From the NCBI GenBank assembly GCA_041671145.1, contig JBAZBZ010000011.1, forward strand, positions 6,255-70,254: a stretch of DNA of 64,000 nt, read 5' to 3'. Made by a program: the position numbers and the translations under genes. Under the pieces are notes generated by a model. That model ran no database searches. It saw only the letters and a program-made list of their open reading frames with translations, and was not told where the DNA came from. The stretch comes from Bacteroidales bacterium (GTDB lineage: Bacteria > Bacteroidota > Bacteroidia > Bacteroidales > JAHJDW01). Below are positions 38,390 to 47,116 of the stretch, one piece after another; position 1 is the stretch's first letter, and each line of letters starts with the position of its first letter.

Positions 38390-38442
38390 GTTTTTCTTAC
38401 TAATGACCAATTAATAGTAGCTTCAAACCCTGAATTACGAAC

Positions 38443-38474
38443 AACTTTAAACTTTAAACATTAAACTTTAAACT
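38443..38474 (-). repeat. TTTAAAG-type element, copy B' (inverted)
   Basis: AACTTTAAACTTTAAACATTAAACTTTAAACT, 30/32 match to the reverse complement of copy A. Ends 8 nt before the obg ATG. Confidence 0.85.
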
Positions 38475-38481
38475 ACCTAAA

Positions 38482-39474
38482 ATGTCCGAATCTAATTTTA
38501 TTGATTACGTAAAAATTTTTTGTAAATCGGGAAAAGGCGGAGGTGGTTCCGTTCATTTGCGCCATGAAAAATCAAAACCGAGAGGCGGTCCCGATGGCGG
38601 AAATGGCGGCAGAGGCGGGCATGTTATTATTAAAGGCAATAAACAATTGTGGACACTTCTTCATTTAAAATACACAAAACATATTACCGCAAAAGACGGA
38701 GGAAAGGGGAGCCATAATTTATGTACAGGCGCTGATGGAAATGATGCCATTATTGAAGTTCCTCTTGGCACAATAATTAAAAACTTCGAAACAAATGAAA
38801 CGGAACTTGAAATTACTGAAGACGGCGAAACAAAAATTTTTATGTCGGGTGGGAGAGGAGGCATGGGAAATCATTATTTCAGAACAGCAACTCATCAAAC
38901 TCCAAGATTTGCACAGCCGGGAGAAAAAGGAACTGAAGGATGGAAAATATTTGAATTAAAATTATTGGCTGACGTTGGTCTGGTTGGATTTCCTAATGCA
39001 GGGAAATCAACATTGCTGTCTGTATTGTCAGCAGCAAAACCTGAAATTGCCGATTATCCTTTTACTACACTTGTTCCTAATTTGGGAGTGGTTGCCTACC
39101 GTGAACACAGGTCATTTGTAATGGCTGATATTCCAGGTATCATAGAGGGGGCAAGCGAAGGGAAAGGACTTGGGTTGCGATTCCTTCGACACATCGAAAG
39201 AAATTCTCTGCTTTTATTTATTGTTCCTGCAAATTCGGAAAATATAAAAAAAGAATATGAGGTTTTGTTGAATGAATTAAAAACTTATAATCCCGAACTT
39301 CTTGATAAGAAGAGAATACTTGCAATTTCAAAATCGGATTTGATAAATGAAAATGAAATGAAAAAAATTAAAAAAAATATTCCGAAAATTCCATTTGTTT
39401 TTATTTCTTCGCATACTGGTTTTGGACTCATGGAATTAAAAGATGTTTTGTGGAAAGAATTGAACAATGAATAA
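38482..39474 (+). CDS. obg: GTPase Obg/CgtA
   Basis: [18 protein letters not shown] Obg fold. G1 [10 protein letters not shown]3 DIPGIIEGA. Confidence 0.95.
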   Translation: MSESNFIDYVKIFCKSGKGGGGSVHLRHEKSKPRGGPDGGNGGRGGHVIIKGNKQLWTLLHLKYTKHITAKDGGKGSHNLCTGADGNDAIIEVPLGTIIKNFETNETELEITEDGETKIFMSGGRGGMGNHYFRTATHQTPRFAQPGEKGTEGWKIFELKLLADVGLVGFPNAGKSTLLSVLSAAKPEIADYPFTTLVPNLGVVAYREHRSFVMADIPGIIEGASEGKGLGLRFLRHIERNSLLLFIVPANSENIKKEYEVLLNELKTYNPELLDKKRILAISKSDLINENEMKKIKKNIPKIPFVFISSHTGFGLMELKDVLWKELNNE

Positions 39475-39523
39475 TTAACAAATAATAATTAATAATTTGT
39501 TGTCAGTTGTTTTATTTTTCTCT

Positions 39524-39568
39524 GCGTCTCTGCGAGAAACCAAAAAAAATATTTAACCGCAAAGACGC
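39524..39568. repeat. GCGTCTCTGCG / CGCAAAGACGC hairpin
   Basis: 10/11-bp stem with a 23-nt A-rich loop. The reverse complement of the same 11-mer, CGCAGAGACGC, also occurs at 670..680. Confidence 0.6.
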
Positions 39569-39615
39569 CAAGTCGCCAAGTTGCTTGGCAATTGAGCAAT
39601 TCAACAATGTTTTTA

Positions 39616-39650
39616 CTAATGACTAATGTCTTATGACTGATGACTAATTT
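39616..39650. repeat. heptamer array (CTAATGA-like)x5
   Basis: ctaatga ctaatgt cttatga ctgatga ctaattt. Overlaps the PAP2 start codon. Confidence 0.8.
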
Positions 39651-40215
39651 CATCGAAATATTAAACAGCATTGATACCAGAATAACATTATTCCTGAATC
39701 AATTTCACAACAGTTTTTTTGACTTTGTTATGTATTGGATTAGCGACAAATTCATTTGGATTCCGTTGTATTTATTCTTATTGTATCTTGTTATTAAAAC
39801 TGAAAAAAAGAAAACATATCTTGTTTTATTTTTTATTTTAGTTCTAATAATTATAAGCGACCAAACTTCTTGTTTTATTAAAGACATGGTAAAACGAACA
39901 CGTCCTTGCCACGATGATGGTATTATTTTAAAAATTCATATTGTAAAAAATTATTGTGGAGGCGAATATGGTTTTGTTTCATCGCATGCTTCAAATATTT
40001 TTGCAATTTCAATATTCATAATAAAACTTTTGAAACAAAATTTTAAATGGCTTGCTCCTTCTTTAATTATATGGGCAAGCATAGTTTCATTCAGCAGAAT
40101 TTATCTTGGTGTACATTATTTAGGCGATGTTATTTGTGGTGCGGTTTTCGGAGCTTGTGTGGCTTTGATGGTTTTTAAAATTTATACTATTGTGAAAAAT
40201 AAAATTTTTAATTAG
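39640..40215 (+). CDS. PAP2 family phosphatase
   Basis: KDMVKRTRP, SSHAS and SRIYLGVHYLGD tripartite PAP2 motif. Multiple TM segments. Confidence 0.8.
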   Translation: MTNFIEILNSIDTRITLFLNQFHNSFFDFVMYWISDKFIWIPLYLFLLYLVIKTEKKKTYLVLFFILVLIIISDQTSCFIKDMVKRTRPCHDDGIILKIHIVKNYCGGEYGFVSSHASNIFAISIFIIKLLKQNFKWLAPSLIIWASIVSFSRIYLGVHYLGDVICGAVFGACVALMVFKIYTIVKNKIFN

Positions 40216-40322
40216 TTTAATATATTCTGAAGCTCTTCGCATTATAAATTATATTTTTACACAAAAAAAGATTAAAAAAAGAAAACAATCAATAAAATCA
40301 AAAACCTTAAAACTAAAAAATC

Positions 40323-41159
40323 ATGAACAGAGCATTATTAGTAGGGATTAACAAATATCCAGGTGCACCGCTAAGCGGATGCGTAAACGACATCACCGAC
40401 ATGGCAAATTTTCTTGTAAAAAATTGCAAATTCAAAATGCAAGAGATTCGATTGCTTACCGATTCGCGTGCAACTGCAAAAGAAATTTTAGCTCGTTTGA
40501 AGTGGCTTATAACTGGAGTAAAGAAAGGCGACAGAATTTTATTTCATTACAGCGGACACGGTGCACAGGTTGTCACAAGAGATAAAAAAGGTGAAGTTGA
40601 CGGGAAAGACGAAGTTATTTGTCCCGTTGATTTTGACTGGACCGATAAACATATGATTAGAGACAAAGATTTTGCAAAGTTGTTTTCTGCGGTTCCTAAA
40701 GGAGTTGAATTTGTCTGGATTTCCGATTCATGTCACTCTGGAGACATGAGCAAATATTTTCCAAAAACAAAACAAACAGCCAAAACAATGATGCCTCCTG
40801 CTGATATAGAATGGCGATTGCAAACTTTTAATAATCAAACAAAAATACAACCAAATAGTTTACCAAAGGAAGCAAGTAAACTTAATGTTGCTTTAATTTC
40901 CGGATGTCAGTCAAATCAGACTTCTGCCGATGCAACATTTAACAACAGACCAAATGGTGCATTAACTTATTTTTTATTGAAAGAACTTCAAAAACCGAAT
41001 GGTTTATCAGAATCACTTGTTACTGTTGTAAAAAATATTAACAAAGCTTTGGATGCAAATGATTTTAAACAAAATCCGCATCTTGAAGGAAGCAAGGAAA
41101 TTGAGAAAAAAGGATTTTTGGATTCAAGCAAGGTGAAAGAATTTTATTTGGTTAATTAA
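40323..41159 (+). CDS. caspase-family (C14, metacaspase-like) protease, single domain
   Basis: ALLVGINKY, catalytic His in FHYSGHG and catalytic Cys in SDSCHSG. No signal peptide and no extra domains. Confidence 0.8.
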   Translation: MNRALLVGINKYPGAPLSGCVNDITDMANFLVKNCKFKMQEIRLLTDSRATAKEILARLKWLITGVKKGDRILFHYSGHGAQVVTRDKKGEVDGKDEVICPVDFDWTDKHMIRDKDFAKLFSAVPKGVEFVWISDSCHSGDMSKYFPKTKQTAKTMMPPADIEWRLQTFNNQTKIQPNSLPKEASKLNVALISGCQSNQTSADATFNNRPNGALTYFLLKELQKPNGLSESLVTVVKNINKALDANDFKQNPHLEGSKEIEKKGFLDSSKVKEFYLVN

Positions 41160-41205
41160 AATAACTTTTTTTTCTTTGTGCCCCTTAGTGCTATCTTTTG
41201 TGCGA

Positions 41206-41234
41206 CTTTGTGGTTGATTTTTTTTACCACAAAG
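41206..41234. repeat. CTTTGTGGT / ACCACAAAG hairpin
   Basis: 9-bp perfect stem with a T-rich 11-nt loop. Imperfect arms over about 41170-41275 carry repeated CACAAAG words. Confidence 0.7.
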
Positions 41235-41343
41235 GCACACAAAGGTTTTCGCAAAGTACCACAAAGGGCTTTTAAGATAATTTTATTGTTTTATACTAAA
41301 CACACGATAAATTTGTATATTTTGAAATCACTATATCAAAAAA

Positions 41344-42186
41344 ATGAAAGGTAAAATTGTTTTAATAACGGGAGCCACATCAGGTATTGGCGAGGCAACA
41401 GCAATGGCTCTGGCGAAAATGCAGGCGACATTGGTTTTGGTTGCACGCGATAAAAATAAAGCAATAGAAACTGTTGAAGAAATAAAATCGGAAAGTAAAA
41501 ACCCGAATGTTGAATACCTGCTCTGCGATTTATCTTCTCTTTCTTCAGTTCGGCAACTCGCTGCGGAATTCAAAAATAAATACAATCGTCTCGATGTTTT
41601 AATCAATAATGCAGGGCTTATTTTAAGCAAAAGAGAAACTACTATAGATGGTTTTGAAAAAACACTTGCTGTTTGTCATCTTGCACATTTCCTGCTCACA
41701 AATTTATTACTTGATACAATAAAATCAAGCAAGCCGTCACGGATTATCAATGTTTCCTCAGTTGCTCACCTTATGGGACATATTGATTTTGATGATTTAA
41801 TGTTTGAAAAAAAATACAGTTCAGCAAAATCTTATGGACAAGCAAAACTCGCAAATGTATTATTTACAAAAAAACTTGCCGAAAAACTTGAAGGCACCGA
41901 AGTAACAGTAAATTCGGTTCATCCAGGAGGGGTTAATACAAAATTCGACAGAGATTTAAAAGGATTTTATAAATTCGCGTGGAGTTCATTTAAGCCATTT
42001 TTATTAACTCCCGAAAAAGGTGCAGAAACTTCAATTTACCTTGCATCTTCTCCTGAAGTTGACGGCGTGTCGGGTGAATATTTTGCTAAGAAAAAAATAA
42101 AGAGAACATCAAAAGAATCATACGACTCCGAAATTGCGGACAAACTCTGGAAAGTAAGTGAAAAATTTGCGGGACTTGTTGCATAG
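41344..42186 (+). CDS. SDR family oxidoreductase
   Basis: TGATSGIG cofactor motif, NNAG and YGQAK active-site motif. Confidence 0.85.
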   Translation: MKGKIVLITGATSGIGEATAMALAKMQATLVLVARDKNKAIETVEEIKSESKNPNVEYLLCDLSSLSSVRQLAAEFKNKYNRLDVLINNAGLILSKRETTIDGFEKTLAVCHLAHFLLTNLLLDTIKSSKPSRIINVSSVAHLMGHIDFDDLMFEKKYSSAKSYGQAKLANVLFTKKLAEKLEGTEVTVNSVHPGGVNTKFDRDLKGFYKFAWSSFKPFLLTPEKGAETSIYLASSPEVDGVSGEYFAKKKIKRTSKESYDSEIADKLWKVSEKFAGLVA

Positions 42187-42257
42187 ATATTTAAATATAA
42201 AAATGACTAATTGTTATACTACAAATGGTTAAAAATTCAGCAATTTGACAATTCTTG

Positions 42258-42283
42258 AAACTTTAGTCCTTAAACTTTAAACT
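42258..42283 (-). repeat. TTTAAAG-type element, copy C (inverted, 26 nt)
   Basis: AAACTTTAGTCCTTAAACTTTAAACT, 25/26 match to the reverse complement of copy A. Overlaps the stop of the PduO-type gene. Confidence 0.85.
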
Positions 42284-42794
42284 CTTTTCTGGCAAGAACA
42301 AAAAGATAATCGGAAAGGCGATTTAGATATTTTAATATAAATTCATCAACTTTTTCTTTTTCGGAAAGATTAATGGTAATACGCTCTGCTCTGCGGCATA
42401 CTGTGCGTGCAATATGACAATGTGAAGATATTTGGTTCCCTCCGGGAATTACAAATTCTTTGAGTGCAGGTAATTTTTTTTCTATTTTATCAATTTCTTT
42501 TTCAAGAAAATTCAAGTCATTTTCTTTTAAAAAATTAATATTTGGTTTTTTTATTTTTTTTGATTTATCATAACCGACAGCAAGTGCTGACTGGATAGCG
42601 AAAAGATTTTTTTGAATTACAAATAAATTATTTTTTGAAATTTTATCAATTTTCTGAGAGCAAATTAAACCGAGCCACGAATTGAGTTCGTCAACACTTC
42701 CTAAAGCATCAATTCTATGATGACATTTGGAAACACGCAATCCCCCAATTAATGAGGTTTTTCCTTTGTCTCCGGTTTTTGTGTATATTTTCAT
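42270..42794 (-). CDS. PduO-type ATP:cob(I)alamin adenosyltransferase
   Basis: MKIYTKTGDKGKTSLIGG..V.K N-terminus and helical bundle. The last codons (EFKV) and the stop lie inside a 32-nt repeat copy. Confidence 0.85.
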   Translation of the reverse strand: MKIYTKTGDKGKTSLIGGLRVSKCHHRIDALGSVDELNSWLGLICSQKIDKISKNNLFVIQKNLFAIQSALAVGYDKSKKIKKPNINFLKENDLNFLEKEIDKIEKKLPALKEFVIPGGNQISSHCHIARTVCRRAERITINLSEKEKVDEFILKYLNRLSDYLFVLARKEFKV

Positions 42795-42811
42795 TTTCCG
42801 TTTATTATTTA

Positions 42812-43555
42812 TTAGTCGTTGCTTTCAACTGCTAACTTCAGTTTTTCATTTTCAAAAGTTCTTATATCGTTATTTTTTTCATCACTGATAATCATGCCGT
42901 CGTTTAGTTTGATTATGCGGTGGGCATATTTAGCAATATCTGGCTCATGAGTAACAACAATGATTGTGTTTCCGCTTTTATGAATTTCTTCAAAAAGTCC
43001 CATTATTTCCACTGAAGTTTTTGAATCGAGATTACCTGTTGGTTCATCGGCAAGCATTATAGCAGGTGAATTTACCAGAGCCCTTGCAATTGCAACCCTT
43101 TGTCGCTGTCCGCCTGAAAGCTCATTCGGTTTATGTTTAATCCTGTCGGTAAGCCCCACGTTATTCATGACTATACTTGCTCTTTCAATTCTTTTATTTT
43201 TATTAAGCCCTGCATAAACAAGTGGCAGCATAACATTTTCAAGAGCAGAAGAACGGGGCAATAGATTAAACGTTTGGAAAACAAAGCCCACTTGCTTGTT
43301 TCTTACTTCAGCAAGTTCGTTGTCGCTCATTTTGCTCACATTAATTTCGTTTAAAAAATATTCACCTGAAGTAGGTGTATCAAGGCATCCGAGAATATTC
43401 ATAAGTGTTGATTTTCCTGAACCAGACGGACCCATTAATGCAACGTATTCATTTTTATAAATAGCGAGATTTATCAAACGCAACGCCCTGATGATTTCAG
43501 TTCCGACTTTGTAATTTTTTACAAGATTTTTTAAAACTATCAATTCTTCTGCCAT
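42812..43555 (-). CDS. ABC transporter ATP-binding protein (MacB/LolD-like)
   Basis: Walker [10 protein letters not shown], signature [15 protein letters not shown] and Walker B MLADEPT. Confidence 0.9.
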   Translation of the reverse strand: MAEELIVLKNLVKNYKVGTEIIRALRLINLAIYKNEYVALMGPSGSGKSTLMNILGCLDTPTSGEYFLNEINVSKMSDNELAEVRNKQVGFVFQTFNLLPRSSALENVMLPLVYAGLNKNKRIERASIVMNNVGLTDRIKHKPNELSGGQRQRVAIARALVNSPAIMLADEPTGNLDSKTSVEIMGLFEEIHKSGNTIIVVTHEPDIAKYAHRIIKLNDGMIISDEKNNDIRTFENEKLKLAVESND

Positions 43556-43566
43556 TACTTTTAAAA

Positions 43567-43598
43567 AGTTTAAAGTTTAAGGTCTAAAGTTTAAAGTT
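43567..43598 (+). repeat. 32-nt TTTAAAG-type element, copy D
   Basis: 32/32 identical to copy A. 12 nt upstream of the minus-strand ABC ATPase start. Continues into five more heptamers up to 43631. Confidence 0.9.
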
Positions 43599-43631
43599 CG
43601 AACAACGAACCACAAACTACGAACCACAAAC
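43569..43631. repeat. array of nine consecutive degenerate heptamers
   Basis: tttaaag tttaagg tctaaag tttaaag ttcgaac aacgaac cacaaac tacgaac cacaaac. Confidence 0.85.
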
Positions 43632-43649
43632 ATAATTCTGCAAATTTAG

Positions 43650-44432
43650 TTAAAATCTGATAATAAAATTTTGTTTTGTTATTCCTTTTCTGAAAAAAAT
43701 CAAACCCATGAAAAACAAATCAATTGATATGCTAACCTTCTCGTGATTTTTGATATATTTCCATGCATTTTCCATTTCATCAGACCAGTGAATATCATCA
43801 AAAACAAATAGCGAATTATCGTTTGCTTTTTCCAGACATTGCTCAAAATAGCTTATTGTCGGTTCGTAGCGATGATTGCCATCAAAAAAAACATAATCTG
43901 TGTTTTTAATATATTTCAATATTTGAGGTAAAACACGAGTAAATTCACCGGTGATTACATCAATTTTCTGACCTGAAATCTTGAAATTATTTCTTGCTAT
44001 TGCAGCAGTATTTTCACAACCTTCAATTGTAATTACTTTTGGATGATAGTTTGGTAGTGCCTGATAAAGGGTGCTGATGCCAAGTGATGTTCCCAATTCC
44101 AAAATTGTTTTTGGCTTGAAAGAATCTACAAGTCGAAATAATAAAGCACAGTATTTTTGGGACTTTGCGGATTTTTTTGCAATGTCGGAAATTTTTCTTT
44201 TTGTGTTATTTCCTTCCGAGCCGCTTGCCCCATAATCAATGCAGTCAATAATTTCATTTGAGGCAAGCATTGAATTTCTTATGTTTTTAATACTTTTAAA
44301 AATCGAAGAATCTGTTTTTTTATTAATTACGTTTGCAAATAAATCATACACAAAAGGAGAATGAATGGAATGACCTCCAGAAGAAGTTAAGAGATAACGA
44401 AAATATTTTAATGCAAAACAAAAAGTAGTCAT
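43650..44432 (-). CDS. class I SAM-dependent methyltransferase (O-methyltransferase-like)
   Basis: ILELGTSLGIST motif I and FFDGNH. Start placed at the ATG at 44432, because the longer N-terminus is encoded by heptamer repeats. Confidence 0.6.
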   Translation of the reverse strand: MTTFCFALKYFRYLLTSSGGHSIHSPFVYDLFANVINKKTDSSIFKSIKNIRNSMLASNEIIDCIDYGASGSEGNNTKRKISDIAKKSAKSQKYCALLFRLVDSFKPKTILELGTSLGISTLYQALPNYHPKVITIEGCENTAAIARNNFKISGQKIDVITGEFTRVLPQILKYIKNTDYVFFDGNHRYEPTISYFEQCLEKANDNSLFVFDDIHWSDEMENAWKYIKNHEKVSISIDLFFMGLIFFRKGITKQNFIIRF

Positions 44433-44441
44433 TGGGGAAAA

Positions 44442-44531
44442 GTTAATAGTTAATCGTAAATCGTAAAAAAAAATTACAAATTCAAAATTTCGCAAATTAT
44501 TTTAAATCCTAAATCCTAATTTCTAAATTTT
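44442..44531. repeat. long degenerate heptamer-periodic tract
   Basis: gttaata gttaatc gtaaatc gtaaaaa ... aaatcct aaatcct aatttct aaatttt. Confidence 0.7.
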
Positions 44532-44681
44532 ATAATCTTCAGTCAAACTTAAAATTTAGTTTTACGCAATTATACAATTTTTTTTAATCTTAATGTAAAT
44601 ATTGTGTACTTTTGGGCAGGTTAAATAAAAGGTTGTTATTAGCCAACAAGTTTTTTATTATTAATTATTCATTTACTTTAA

Positions 44682-45560
44682 ATGTTTTTTAGAAAAAATA
44701 TAAATATAATTTCGGTTGCACTTATCACATTGTTTATTTTCTCATGTTCGTATTTTAAAAAAGAAAAAAATAATGAAGTTGTTGCGAGAGTTTATGATAA
44801 ATACCTTGACAAAAGTAATTTGCTCAATATTGTTCCTCAGAATACAAAATCAAAGGACAGTGAAATTATTGTTCGGAACTACATAAACAGTTGGATAAAA
44901 CTAAATCTGCTTCTTCATAAAGCCGAAGAAAATCTTACAAAAGAGCAAAAGAATTTTGATGTTCAACTCGAAGATTACCGGAATTCACTTATTACTTATG
45001 CTTATGAAAAGGAACTTGTTCGTCAGAAACTTGACACTGTTGTTACCGAAGAACAAATAAAAGATTATTATAACAAAAATGAAAAGGATTTTTTATTAAA
45101 AGATAATATTGTAAAGGTGTTATATGTAAAAACTCCTTTAAAAGCACCTGCTTTATTGAAAGTAAAAGCGTGGTGTAAATCAAATAATCCAAAAGACAGA
45201 ATGTTGCTTGAAGAATATTGCAGGGAAAATGCCGAGAATTATTTTCTTGATGACCAGTCGTGGCTGCTTTTTGATGATGTGTTGAAAGAAATTCCTATAA
45301 AAACTTATGACCAAGAAAATTATTTGATGAACCATACATTTATCGAAATACAGGATGCCGAAAGCAATTATTTTATAAATATTAAAGGATTTAAAATAAA
45401 AGAGAGTATTTCTCCGTTAAGTTTTGAAAAGGAAAATGTAAAAAACATTATAATAAACAAAAGAAAAATTGATTTGATAAATGAAATGGAAAAACAGGTA
45501 CTTAAAGACGCATTTAAAAATAAAGATTTTGAGATATATGATAAAAAACATAAAAAATAA
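44682..45560 (+). CDS. SurA-N-like periplasmic chaperone domain protein
   Basis: Lipobox FSC. Sits directly upstream of, and overlaps, the parvulin-type PPIase gene. Confidence 0.45.
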   Translation: MFFRKNINIISVALITLFIFSCSYFKKEKNNEVVARVYDKYLDKSNLLNIVPQNTKSKDSEIIVRNYINSWIKLNLLLHKAEENLTKEQKNFDVQLEDYRNSLITYAYEKELVRQKLDTVVTEEQIKDYYNKNEKDFLLKDNIVKVLYVKTPLKAPALLKVKAWCKSNNPKDRMLLEEYCRENAENYFLDDQSWLLFDDVLKEIPIKTYDQENYLMNHTFIEIQDAESNYFINIKGFKIKESISPLSFEKENVKNIIINKRKIDLINEMEKQVLKDAFKNKDFEIYDKKHKK

Positions 45561-46905
45561 AAGCATTTTAAAAGAAATAATTTTAATCCTGGGTTGTATT
45601 ATTTTCGTAAACAATACTGCCTCTTCGCAGGGTAAAGTTATTGACCAAGTTATTGCAACAGTCGGCAACAGCATAATACTTCAATCCGATTTGGAAAATC
45701 AATATATGCAGGCAATGGGTCAGGGAATGACATCCGGTAACGATATAGATATGAAATGTTCGGTTTTTGAAGATATGCTGTTCCAGAAATTATTGCTGAA
45801 TCAGGCACAGCTCGATAGTTTGAAAGTTACCGATTCGCAGGTGGAATCGGAACTTGACAGGCGATTGCGGTATTTCGTAAATCAAATCGGCTCACAGGAA
45901 AAGCTTGAGGAGTATTATAAAAAATCAATTATTGAAATAAAAGAGGACTTCAGGGAAACAGTGAGGGAACAAATTTTGTCGGAACAAATGCAGCGAAAAA
46001 TTACAGATGATATTAAAGTTACTCCATCGGAAGTAAGAGCATATTTCAAAAAAATTCCTGCCGATAGTTTGCCTCTTGTAAATTCGGAAGTTGAAATATT
46101 GCAAATTGTTAAAAATCCCGAGATAAACATCGAAGAAAAGAAAGAAGCACAGGAAAAAATCGAACAAATCAGAAAAAGAATTATCAATGGGGAGGACTTT
46201 GTTACTCTTGCTGCATTATACTCCGAAGATGTAGAATCGGCAAAAAAAGGTGGTGATATAGGATTTAAAGTCAGAAGCGACCTCCCTGCCGAAATATGTT
46301 CTGTTGCATTCAACCTTAAAGAAAAAGAAGTTTCAACCGTAATAGAAAGTCCAGCAGGTTATCATATTCTGCAGCTTTTGGAACGGCGCGGTGAAAGTAT
46401 TGACCTTCGCCAGATACTTGTTGTCCCTAAAATTTCTGCCATAGATATTACAAAAGCTAATAATTTTCTTGACAGCATTTCCACGTTAATTAAAAATAAA
46501 AAATATATATTTAGCGATGCTGCTGCAAAGTTCTCTAATGATGACAGCAGGAACAACGGAGGATTAATTGTAAATCCGGCAACAAGCTCGTCGAGATTTC
46601 AGATGAATGAAATCGACCCTTCATTATTTTTTGTAGTTGATAAAATGACTGTAGGCGAAATTTCAAAACCTGTGATAATGAAAGATAAAAACGGTAAACA
46701 GGCATTAAGAGTTGTAATGTTGAAAAGTCGCACGGCACCCCATAAAGCCAACCTTACCGAAGATTATCAGCAAATACAAAATGCTGCATTAACCGAAAAA
46801 CAAAATAGAGCTATTAAAGAATGGATAAATAAAGCAAAGCAACATTCCTACATTAAAATAAACAGTATATATAAAGGATGTAATTTTAAATATAACTGGT
46901 TATAG
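45538..46905 (+). CDS. peptidylprolyl isomerase (SurA-like, parvulin domain)
   Basis: SurA_N-like region (VIATVGNSIILQSDLE). Parvulin motifs (GGDIGF, AGYHILQLLERR). Start at the ATG at 45538 gives a signal peptide. Confidence 0.75.
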   Translation: MIKNIKNKSILKEIILILGCIIFVNNTASSQGKVIDQVIATVGNSIILQSDLENQYMQAMGQGMTSGNDIDMKCSVFEDMLFQKLLLNQAQLDSLKVTDSQVESELDRRLRYFVNQIGSQEKLEEYYKKSIIEIKEDFRETVREQILSEQMQRKITDDIKVTPSEVRAYFKKIPADSLPLVNSEVEILQIVKNPEINIEEKKEAQEKIEQIRKRIINGEDFVTLAALYSEDVESAKKGGDIGFKVRSDLPAEICSVAFNLKEKEVSTVIESPAGYHILQLLERRGESIDLRQILVVPKISAIDITKANNFLDSISTLIKNKKYIFSDAAAKFSNDDSRNNGGLIVNPATSSSRFQMNEIDPSLFFVVDKMTVGEISKPVIMKDKNGKQALRVVMLKSRTAPHKANLTEDYQQIQNAALTEKQNRAIKEWINKAKQHSYIKINSIYKGCNFKYNWL

Positions 46906-46917
46906 TTAGAATTTGTC

Positions 46918-47019
46918 CAGAATGTCCGATTTCTTCGTTACTCTCGTTTTAAAATCAGTCATTTACTTTAGTAAACTCCTGATTTTAAAACTTCGAAAGC
47001 CTCGAACTCGGACATTCTG
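46918..47019 (+). repeat. three-helix structured intergenic element, copy E1
   Basis: Outer 12-bp perfect stem (46918-46929 with 47008-47019). Middle 13-bp perfect stem (46946-46958 with 46979-46991). Apical TTTAC/GTAAA stem. Conserved TCATTTAC and GTAAACTCC. Confidence 0.75.
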
Positions 47020-47048
47020 AACCAAACTCTCGACTTTATGGACAGGCA

Positions 47049-47111
47049 CTAGTTAGTTCTTAGTTCGCAATTTTACTAATGACTTATGACTCTAAACTGA
47101 AAACCGAAAAC
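47049..47111. repeat. degenerate heptamer-periodic tract
   Basis: ctagtta gttctta gttcgca attttac taatgac ttatgac tctaaac tgaaaac cgaaaac. Confidence 0.7.
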
Positions 47112-47116
47112 TTATT

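Noticed and set aside
40379-40585. 68-aa alternative-frame ORF within the caspase-like gene
   Set aside because: The +1 frame contains the complete caspase His/Cys motifs, while this frame gives a basic low-complexity peptide.
43569-43631. Possible CRISPR array, considered here and at the other repeat tracts (17503, 38355, 39616, 44442, 50494)
   Set aside because: The units are 7 nt, contiguous and degenerate, with no 25-40 nt repeat plus unique-spacer organisation. The 32-nt element copies are kilobases apart in both orientations. No cas genes are present in the window.
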